Shown here: positions 49,044 to 57,700 of the stretch, in pieces
Position numbering within the stretch: position 1 is the stretch's first letter
Layout of the letters: each line of letters begins with the position of its first letter
Source of the DNA: Candidatus Latescibacterota bacterium
Lineage (GTDB): Bacteria; Latescibacterota; UBA2968; GCA-2709665
Direction of reading: 5' to 3'
Assembly (NCBI GenBank): GCA_965205485.1
Contig: OZ242180.1
Span: 288,001 to 352,000 of the forward strand
DNA: 64,000 nucleotides
Notes under the pieces: generated by a model
Databases searched by the model: none
Seen by the model: the letters and a program-made list of their open reading frames with translations, nothing else
Told to the model about the DNA's origin: nothing
Position numbers and translations under genes: made by a program

Positions 49044-50057
49044 ATGTGCGCCTTCCTGCCACCCGGGAAACTTCCGCTGGAAATGCTCTCCGGCCTGCTG
49101 CGCGAATGTACCGCCGAAGACGAGCGCATCCTGGTCGGGCCCCAAGTGGGCGAGGACGCCGCCGTTATTGACTTTGGCGGCACCTGCCTGGTCGTGAAGA
49201 CCGACCCGATCACCTTCGCCACGGACGAAATCGGCCACTATGCGGTCCACGTCAACGCCAACGATATCGCGACGATGGGGGCCGTTCCCCGCTGGTTCCT
49301 GGCCACCCTGCTCCTGCCGGAAGGCCGGACGAGCGAAACGCTGGTTCGGACCATCTTCGACTCGCTCCAACATGCCGCGGGCAAAATCGGCGTCTCTCTC
49401 TGCGGCGGCCACACCGAAATCACCGTCGGCCTGGACCGGCCGATCGTCGTCGGCCAGATGCTCGGCGAAGTCTCCCGGGAGCGCCTCATCCGGTCCAGCG
49501 GCCTGCAGGCGGGCGACCGTATTCTGCTGACCGGGGGGCTGGGGCTCGAAGCCACGGCCATTCTGGCGAGAGAAAAGGAAGCCGAACTGCGCGACCGGGG
49601 GTTCGATGCCGGCCTCCTGAAAACAGCACGCGAATACCTGCATACTCCGGGGATCAGTATTCTCGAGGAGGCGCGCATCGCCTGCGAAACTGCGACCGTA
49701 CACGCGATGCACGACCCTACGGAGGGCGGCGTTGCCACGGCGCTACGGGAACTGGCCGCCGCATCCGGCTGCGGCCTCTCCGTAGAAGCGGATGCGCTTT
49801 TCGCCTCCGAAGAAACGCGCCTCCTCTGCGATGCGTTCCAGCTCGATCCGCTGGGTATCATCTCATCGGGCGCGCTGTTGATCGGCGTCGCGCCGGAATA
49901 CGCCGACCGAGTCCGCGAAGCCATCCGAGCCGCGGGCATCCCCTGCGAAATTGTCGCGCGTGCGGAACCATCCGAATTCGGGCTCAAGCTCCGCATTAAC
50001 GACACTGTCGGCGACCTTCCCGAATTCGACCGGGATGAAATAAGCAAGATCTTCTGA
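49044..50057 (+). CDS. AIR synthase-related (PurM/HypE-like) protein
   Basis: GKLP, GEDAA, TDPIT, NANDIATMG, GGHTE, MHDPTEGG. Confidence 0.85.
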   Translation: MCAFLPPGKLPLEMLSGLLRECTAEDERILVGPQVGEDAAVIDFGGTCLVVKTDPITFATDEIGHYAVHVNANDIATMGAVPRWFLATLLLPEGRTSETLVRTIFDSLQHAAGKIGVSLCGGHTEITVGLDRPIVVGQMLGEVSRERLIRSSGLQAGDRILLTGGLGLEATAILAREKEAELRDRGFDAGLLKTAREYLHTPGISILEEARIACETATVHAMHDPTEGGVATALRELAAASGCGLSVEADALFASEETRLLCDAFQLDPLGIISSGALLIGVAPEYADRVREAIRAAGIPCEIVARAEPSEFGLKLRINDTVGDLPEFDRDEISKIF

Positions 50058-50165
50058 CTCGGATCGGTTGTCCTGTCCCGAAAGCTCCACCACCCCTTGG
50101 CGCGGCTTCACTCTGCTTATCCGAAAATAGATAGGCGGAAGGGAACCCGCGCGCTTGAAGGACCA

Positions 50166-50253
50166 ATCACTCCCCCCTTGAGGGGGAGTCGCAGAAGCCG
50201 AGCCGTCCCCTGAGCTTGTCGAAGGGCCGGCGACGGCTGATGCGGTGGGGGGA
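50166..50253 (+). repeat. REP-like element (CTCCCCCCTTGAGGGGGAG) with a nested CCCTGAGCTTGTCGAAGGG motif
   Basis: Related inverted copy at 62691-62758 lacks the nested motif. Confidence 0.75.
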
Positions 50254-50300
50254 TTCCAATTCCATATGCATGCAGCATGATTAATCAAGTACGTATCTTA

Positions 50301-50364
50301 CGCTGACATCAACGGTTTGTGTTCTTGATTCAAGCTGATGGCTGAGAGCTGACAGCTGATGGCT
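50301..50364 (+). repeat. Lead-in plus GCTGAYR heptamer array
   Basis: cgctgacatc...ttgattcaa-gctgatg-gctgaga-gctgaca-gctgatg-gct. Confidence 0.8.
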
Positions 50365-50463
50365 AATTTCCCTGACTGCTGAATCTGCTTGTCCGCAATT
50401 GGCGTAACGCCTAAATTAGACACGGCAGCTCCGGATTCCATCGCACTTTTGGGAGTACTTGAC

Positions 50464-51621
50464 GTGACGGACCAAAACGGCTTCACCTTCCATTCCCCCA
50501 CGCGCCTCTTCGTCGGCCGCGGGAGCGTTTCGGAAATCACTGGGATTCTCTCGGAACGAACAGAAAAAAAGGCCCTCGTCGTTACCGATAAGGGACTCGT
50601 CAAGGCCGGTGTGGCCCAGCAGGCCACCGGCGTCCTCGAGGCCGCGGGGATCCCGTTTGCGGTTTACGACGGCGTGGAAGAAAACCCTCCGGCCCACGTC
50701 GTTCAGGCATGTTTCGATCTTTACGAATCAGCGGGTTGTGACTGGCTCCTGGCCATCGGCGGCGGTTCTTCGATGGACACCGCCAAGTGCGCCGGGGTTC
50801 TGGCTGAAAACGGGGGCCGAATCGAAGACCACTTCGGTCTCCTGCAGGACCGGAAACGGGTGCCCTTCCTGTTGTGCGTGCCAACGACCTACGGCACCGC
50901 CAGCGAGGTCACCCCTTTCGCCGTCGTCACGGACGACAACCATTTCAAGGCCGCGGTTGGTGGCCCGCACGTCATTCCGGACGTCGGCATTCTTGACGCC
51001 GATGTAGCCGTCGGCCTGCCGATGCCCATCGCCGCCGCAACCGGAATGGACGCGCTCACCCACGCGGTGGAATCCTACGTCGCACGCGCCTCCAACCCGA
51101 TTGCCGACGGCCTGGCGCTGCACGCCATCCGTCTGACTGCACGGAACCTGCGGCAGGCCGCTTCAAGCAACCACAATTACGAAGCCACCGAACAGATGCT
51201 GCTCGCGAGCAATATGGCGGGCATCGCCTTCTCGCAGACGCGTCTTGGCAACGTGCACGCGATGTCACACGCCGTGGGCGGCCATTACGGTGTCCCTCAC
51301 GGCGTCGCCAACGCCATCCTGCTCACACGGGTCATGGACTTCAACAAAGTCGCGTGCCCGGAACGCTTCGCCGACATCGCCGTCGCGCTGGGTGAGAATA
51401 TCGAAGGCCTGTCCCACGTGGAAGCCGCCGACGTTGCCGTGGAGGCGGTGCAATCCCTGGCTTCCGACGTGGGCATTCCCGACACGCTCACCGAAGTGGG
51501 CGTTCCGCCTGAAGGTATTTCCGTGTTGGCGGAAGACGCGATGAAAAGCGGAAATATCCAGATCAACCCGCGCCACACCACGCTCAAGGACATCATCGCG
51601 CTCTACGAAGCCGCCATGTGA
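50464..51621 (+). CDS. Iron-containing alcohol dehydrogenase
   Basis: GGGSSMD, PTTYGTASE, DALTHAVE, HAMSH, HGVANA; GTG start with GGGAG RBS. Confidence 0.93.
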   Translation: MTDQNGFTFHSPTRLFVGRGSVSEITGILSERTEKKALVVTDKGLVKAGVAQQATGVLEAAGIPFAVYDGVEENPPAHVVQACFDLYESAGCDWLLAIGGGSSMDTAKCAGVLAENGGRIEDHFGLLQDRKRVPFLLCVPTTYGTASEVTPFAVVTDDNHFKAAVGGPHVIPDVGILDADVAVGLPMPIAAATGMDALTHAVESYVARASNPIADGLALHAIRLTARNLRQAASSNHNYEATEQMLLASNMAGIAFSQTRLGNVHAMSHAVGGHYGVPHGVANAILLTRVMDFNKVACPERFADIAVALGENIEGLSHVEAADVAVEAVQSLASDVGIPDTLTEVGVPPEGISVLAEDAMKSGNIQINPRHTTLKDIIALYEAAM

Positions 51622-51708
51622 TAGTCCCGCGCATCCGAACATTATTCGTACGGCTCTTGGTGCAAGACCCGAATTCTGAACTTTGTCCTATTTGACCGGA
51701 GGCCCAAC

Positions 51709-53007
51709 ATGCAATACCCCCACATGTTTCGGATCCGCCAGCGCTTCGACGCGCCTCGCGTCGACGACATTCCCGGCGCCACCCGGCGCGAAATCCGGAA
51801 TCTCAATCCCGGCGAGACCATCAAACCCGGTCACACGGTTGCGATCGCAGCCGGATCCAGAGGCATCGCCAACCTGGACACGGTCATCGCGACAATCGTC
51901 GAAGAAATGGTCGCGCTGGGCGCCAGGCCCTTCATCGTTCCGGCCATGGGCAGCCACGGCGGCGGCACTGCCGAGGGTCAGGCCGGCATTCTCGCCGAAT
52001 ACGGCATTACCGAAGCCGCGGTGGGCGCCCCCGTCAGATCCTCGATGGACGTGATCGAAATCGGCGTCACGGATTTCGGCATGCCTGTCTATTTCGATAA
52101 ATGCGCCTCCGAGGCAGACCACGTGGTCGTCGTCAACCGCGTAAAGCCCCACACGGGCTTCGTGGGTGAGATTGAGAGCGGCCTGATGAAGATGATGCTT
52201 ATTGGCCTTGGCAAGCACAAGGGCGCGACGATCTACCACCGCGCCATTATTCATCACTCGTTCGACAAGATCGTACGCGTTGTGGGCAAGACGGTGCGGG
52301 AGAAGATGCCGATTACGTTCGGCGTCGCCCTGCTGGAAAACGGCTACGACGAAACTGCGCAGATTGCTGCGGTGCCCGCGCGGGATTTCGAAAGCGCGGA
52401 AAAGGAGCTTCTGGTCAAAGCCAAGGCCTGGTGCCCCCGGCTGCCGTTCGACGAAGTGGACCTGCTGATCATCGACGAGATGGGCAAAGACATCAGCGGC
52501 TCCGGTATCGATACCAACGTGGTGGGACGCAAGCGCAACGAACGCCGCGCGATGGACGGAGACACGCCCAACGTGCTGCGGATCTTCGTGCGGGACCTCA
52601 CGGAAAAAACCCACGGCAACGCCGTGGGCGTGGGCATGGCCGAATTCACCACGGACCGGCTGATTGAGAAAATCGACTATCACGCAATGAACATCAACGC
52701 CATTACCGGGCAGCACCCCCCGGCCGCCTCCATCCCCATGCATTTTCCCACGGACGAGGAGGTTCTGCAGATCGGGCTCGAGTCCATCGGTCTCATCGAG
52801 CCGGAGGACGCACGGGTGCTCTGGATTAAGAACACCCTGGATCTGGGCGAAGTCGAAGCCTCCACCGCCTACCTCGAGATGGCGGAAATGCGGGACAACC
52901 TGGAGATCCTGGTCGGCCCCCGCCAGCTCGAACTCGGCCCGGACCGCAACCTCCCGCCCATCGATACCTTCGCGCGCAAGGCCCCCGAAATGGTCCCCGC
53001 GGATTGA
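51709..53007 (+). CDS. LarA/DUF2088-like protein
   Basis: GSRGIANL, PAMGSHGG, NRVKPHT, ESGLMKM, GKDISGSGIDTNV; GGAGG RBS. Confidence 0.72.
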   Translation: MQYPHMFRIRQRFDAPRVDDIPGATRREIRNLNPGETIKPGHTVAIAAGSRGIANLDTVIATIVEEMVALGARPFIVPAMGSHGGGTAEGQAGILAEYGITEAAVGAPVRSSMDVIEIGVTDFGMPVYFDKCASEADHVVVVNRVKPHTGFVGEIESGLMKMMLIGLGKHKGATIYHRAIIHHSFDKIVRVVGKTVREKMPITFGVALLENGYDETAQIAAVPARDFESAEKELLVKAKAWCPRLPFDEVDLLIIDEMGKDISGSGIDTNVVGRKRNERRAMDGDTPNVLRIFVRDLTEKTHGNAVGVGMAEFTTDRLIEKIDYHAMNINAITGQHPPAASIPMHFPTDEEVLQIGLESIGLIEPEDARVLWIKNTLDLGEVEASTAYLEMAEMRDNLEILVGPRQLELGPDRNLPPIDTFARKAPEMVPAD

Positions 53008-53382
53008 GGGAATGCCGCACGTTTATTGAAGTTTCCATTTAACCGGATCAGTATTCATTAAAGAGGAGATGACGTCTTCGAAAAAGCACCAACGTTCGAC
53101 GAAGAGGATTCGCTGGACTTGTTCCCTTTTCCATGGGAAGAAGCGAGGTTGTTTGATCCAATTCAGCTTGCCGGAGCCTGGCCAGGCGATGAACCGATCG
53201 AACAACTGCTTGCCCAACTCGATTGAAAAAACGCCCGCGCAAGCGGGCAAAGCTACTATCAACGGATAAAGACTTTCAACACCTTGACGGAATCTGGTTC
53301 CAATTCATCTACATTAATCAATAGCACTGCTTTTTTCACCCCAAATTTGTCAGAGGGATGTCGACAGAGTGCGAGCAAGTCT

Positions 53383-53760
53383 ATGAACGCACTGGACCTG
53401 GGCGCGCAACTCAATGATCTTCACGAGTTGCAGGACGGCTGGCTCGATGGTGAAGGAATAAAGCCGCCCACCGATGGCCTCCAGTGGTTGCGACACGCTT
53501 TCGAGTGCAATTACCCCGATAAATTACCCCTGCCGCACCTCTATCCCACCGAGAACGTCGGAGTGCAGGCCGAGTGGTCTCTCGGACCGAACGAGATCAC
53601 TTTCGATGTCAATCTTGAATCCCATTTGGGCGAATGGCACTTGCTCAATATGGTGTCTGGCCACATCTCCGAGCGCACGCTGAATTGCGACGATGACGGC
53701 GATTGGCGTTGGCTGGTCGACCGGATTAAGGCATTGGCGGTTAGTCACGGGGACCTGTAA
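53383..53760 (+). CDS. Hypothetical protein, possibly a fragment of a longer gene
   Basis: LQDGWLDGEG..P, PHLYPT..GVQAEW pattern; start uncertain. Confidence 0.5.
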   Translation: MNALDLGAQLNDLHELQDGWLDGEGIKPPTDGLQWLRHAFECNYPDKLPLPHLYPTENVGVQAEWSLGPNEITFDVNLESHLGEWHLLNMVSGHISERTLNCDDDGDWRWLVDRIKALAVSHGDL

Positions 53761-53836
53761 TACCGTAGTTGCCGTGGACATGCAGATCACGATTGAATTG
53801 GCGAATGGTGCGCCGTTTCAAACGAATGGAATTCTT

Positions 53837-54316
53837 ATGGTGTATGCGGGATTCTGGAAAAGATTCGCGGCGGCGTGGATCGATTACCTGGTTATTTACA
53901 CAGTAATGTCGATCTGGGGAGTCCTGTACGCAATCTACGTCATATTTCCCATCATAGCGGAATATGAAGGAACGTACGATTACGTAGACGCAAACGTAGA
54001 CGCACTCATTTTAGGGACGGTAATGTGGCTGGCGATCGCGTGGATCTATTTTGCGGTATTCGAGGCTTCGAGAAAACAGGCGACACTGGGAAAGTTGGCC
54101 GTCGGAATAAGGGTTACGGATCTGCACGGCAACCGCATCGGGTTCGGCAAGGCGTCGGGACGGTATTTCGGAAAGTTCATTTCTTCGACGATTATCGGTA
54201 TCGGCTATTTGATGGCTGCATTTACGAAGAGAAAGCAAGGGCTTCACGATATGATGGCCGGGTGCCTGGTGATCAGGCAGGATGCGGGTCCAGATTCCGT
54301 ATCTGTTGAGCGCTGA
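53837..54316 (+). CDS. RDD family membrane protein
   Basis: YAGFWKRFAAAWID, QATLGK, KQGLHDMMAG. Confidence 0.9.
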   Translation: MVYAGFWKRFAAAWIDYLVIYTVMSIWGVLYAIYVIFPIIAEYEGTYDYVDANVDALILGTVMWLAIAWIYFAVFEASRKQATLGKLAVGIRVTDLHGNRIGFGKASGRYFGKFISSTIIGIGYLMAAFTKRKQGLHDMMAGCLVIRQDAGPDSVSVER

Positions 54317-54455
54317 GCTCTCGATGCCGCGGCGAGTCCATCATCGAAACGCATCTTAAGGCAGATGGTTACGTAACAGCGGACGCAGGTGGTTTCGACC
54401 GTATACCTGGTTTTATGGCCTAACAGTGTCGTATTGTGTGGCTAACACGGGAATC

Positions 54456-54710
54456 ATGAAAACAACGATTGATATTCAAGACGAACTGCTGGCGATAGCA
54501 AAGCAGTACGCGAGGAAGTCGGGTCGTACATTGAGCGCGGTGGTCGAGGAAGGACTGAGAGAGGTACTCGACGGACCGAAGCCTCGAACTCAATACCGGC
54601 TTCCTGATTTAAGTACGGGCAATCCGAGTTCTTCCGATCCGTTAGAATCCTGCACGAGGCAGGATCTGCGCGAAATCATCTATGGAGACCTGGATAACCG
54701 GTTTACATGA
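54456..54710 (+). CDS. VapB-like ribbon-helix-helix antitoxin (DUF2191-like)
   Basis: MKTTIDIQDELL..AK..A...GRTLSAVVEEGLR. Confidence 0.75.
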   Translation: MKTTIDIQDELLAIAKQYARKSGRTLSAVVEEGLREVLDGPKPRTQYRLPDLSTGNPSSSDPLESCTRQDLREIIYGDLDNRFT

Positions 54711-54766
54711 GATTAGGCTGCCTGACGCCAGAAAAACAGCCATCCCTCCGCCGATTCCATCCTGCG

Positions 54767-57700
54767 CTACCCGCCCTCAGGCTCGAACACAAGCTCCGGT
54801 ACCACAACCTCCCAGGTATCGCATTTTGCATGTTCACGGAACCCCGGTTCCGATGCTTCGCGGGTCCACGTCACGACCGCGTAGACCGTGGCGGTCTTGC
54901 ACTGCATGTCCGGCGGAGGTTCAAACGCCTCGGCAAGGCGTCCCACCACCGTACCCGACCTGTCCAGCAATTCCCATCGCCCGTATTCGTCAATCCTCGT
55001 ATCGAGCCGATCGCCGGTTGACAGTGCGGCGATGGCGTGATGGACCGGATCACTGGCGTGGCGCCGTCCGGCAAAGCCTAAGTTGACCTCACTCAGAGTC
55101 GGTCGCCGATATTGGCGGCTGAGTTCGCTGGAATTTTCCGTGACAGCATCAGTCTTGCGGTGCAGAATTGCGCCGTTATCGGGAAATCTATAGGGCGCCG
55201 GGTTGAGCGGCTCCAGGTACGCTGCTGGCACTGTCTCACTGACGATGTCCGACCGTACGGGACGTTCTCCGCCTCGGGATTCCTGAAAGCGAACAAGGGC
55301 GAGTGTCTGTCTGGCGCGCGTCATGGCCACGTAGTAGAGCCTGCGCGGCGCGTCGGGGTCTTCGCCCGCGTCCACCTTGTTCCAGCCTCCGTCGAGCACG
55401 ACGATGTGATCGAACTCCAGACCCTTGGCACGGTGCGCGGTCGACAATAATAGCCCGCGCTGGCGGCGGCGTACATCACGCCCCCACTCTGCCAGCCACT
55501 CGATGAAGTGGTCCACCGGCACTTCGCCATGTCCGGCTTCCAGGGCGTGCTCGTCGAGTGCCTGCCGCAGAAGTTCGGTCCATGTCCCCTTCGGCTGAGC
55601 TCCCACCCACTCAGTCAGGCCCGATGCATCCACAAGGCGGGTGTCCCTGCCGCGCAGCCATTCCACAAACGCGCGGGTTTCCCGCAGGTGCCAGAAGCTG
55701 GGAATTCCCTCATTCGCCATTTGTACCGGGATACGATTGACTTCGCAGAACGCGCGCACCGGGTCCAGGTATTTCCATTCGCGCGCAATCACGGCACATG
55801 CGGGCCAGTCCCAATTCGGAGATACATCCTCGAGGCGCTGAAGCTCTGTCATCGCGACCTGCACCTGCGAAATCGGGTCCGGATCCGAGGGCAGAACCTG
55901 GACTCTTCCGCGTGCAATCGGATCCAGCCCATCCCAGTCGCCGCCCGGCGGTTTCTTCGCTCTTGCACGGTCGATGCGGATCGGGTGTCCGGTCTTCAAC
56001 CTTTGTCGAGCCGGTTTGATCAGGTCGTTGGCTGCTGTAATGATGTTGCCGGTAGAACGGTAATTGTCGATGAGGTAGCTGGGTCTCGGCCCATAATCCG
56101 CTTCAAAGCGACGAATGAACTCTACCGATGCGCCATTGAAGGCATAGATGTTCTGATCGTCGTCACCCACGGCGAAGAGTGTGAGTTTTCGGTCCTCATC
56201 CTGCAGGGTCCTTCCGGCGAGGGCCGATATCAGCGCATATTGTTCGGCGCCGATGTCCTGGTATTCGTCCACGAGGATCCAGCGGAAGCCCCTGAGCAGC
56301 CGTTCCCGCCGATCGTCCGCGTCTTCGGGCTCCAAACCCTCACCGCGCAGTAGAGCCACCGCCTGGCGCAACACCTCACGGAACGCGTCGTCGTCCAGCG
56401 GCCGCCGTTCCCTATCCTGAAAACTCACACCGACGAGTCGCATCGCCAACGCGTGGCAGGTGAGGACGGTCACACCCCGGGCGTCGTCTCCAATCAACTC
56501 CTTCAGTCGTTTTCGGATTTCGACGGCCGCGTGCCGGTTATAGGCCAGCGCCAGAATACCGCGGGGATTCTCGCGACGTGCGCGGACAAGGTAGGCGATG
56601 CGATGCACCAGCACGCGCGTCTTGCCGGAGCCTGGACCTGCGAGCACGAGGACGTTCACCTGCTCCCGATCGTCCGCGACGATGCGCTGCTGATCGGGAT
56701 TCTTGAGGCTCTCGACGATCGCCCGCCAGGATTCGGGCGTGGTCTCGCGCTCGATCTCCTTGCCTCTTTCCGGCAACCATCGGCTGAGGAAAGCTTCCTG
56801 TGTGAGACTGAAATATTCGAGCGCCAGTCGCAGCGCGTCGGCCATATTGTCGAGTCCGCGCTGTGCGAATTCGGCCATGACGTGGATCTGCATTGCCTGG
56901 CCTTTGTAGTGAAGCCTCAGTGGTTCGAAGTCAGGCGCAGCAAAGCCTCGCTTCTCATCCGTCAATTTGATCGTCATCGCCTGACGGAATACCGCAAGGC
57001 CCTTGTGGAGTCGAATGACCTCCTGCTCGTGGAGCCACAAAAGGGCGCGATCCATCAATTTTTCCGGATTCCTGCTCTTCAGGACGATATCCGACGTGAT
57101 CGCGGCCAGAAGCTTGCCGAGGGTCGTCTCGGCGAGCAGGTCCGTGCCGCGAGCGTTGGGGGGCAGGCACGACAGCAGGTGATCGAGCAGGAGTTTCGCC
57201 CCGGCACGCCGGCGCGACGCGAGTTCAGCGAGGCCAGTCCATTCACGTCGCAGTTCAACGTTCACCGTATCGGGGTCTCGCCGTCGGATACCCAGGCTGC
57301 CCGCGTCACCGCCTTCACCGCGTCCGTCATTGGCGATACTGCGCAGAATGCGCCACAATCTCTCGGGAAGGGGATCGGCCGCTCCTTCGTCTCGCAGCTT
57401 CTGAGAGGCAAGGCGCAAAAAGAGTGGCCACTTGTCTCCCTTGCTCATATCAGGTGCGGTCTCGCGCATCTGCGCGATCAAACCATTCTCCAACTCCACC
57501 GCTTCATCAAAGCGCTTCCGTGAGTTTCGCGCTACGCCAGCGTGAACAAAGGCAGTGAGTGCAGTATCATTGCTGGCGATACCGAGCCGCTCGAGATCGT
57601 ACATGGCGCGACGTACGCCTTCGGGACTCAACCCGGACACGCCCATCAGTTCGTCCGTGGTGATACCTTCGTCGGGGTCCGCATCGATAAGTGCTTCGAC

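Noticed and set aside
49044..50057. Hydrogenase maturation HypE call
   Set aside because: Lacks the C-terminal PRIC cysteine motif and has no hyp neighbours
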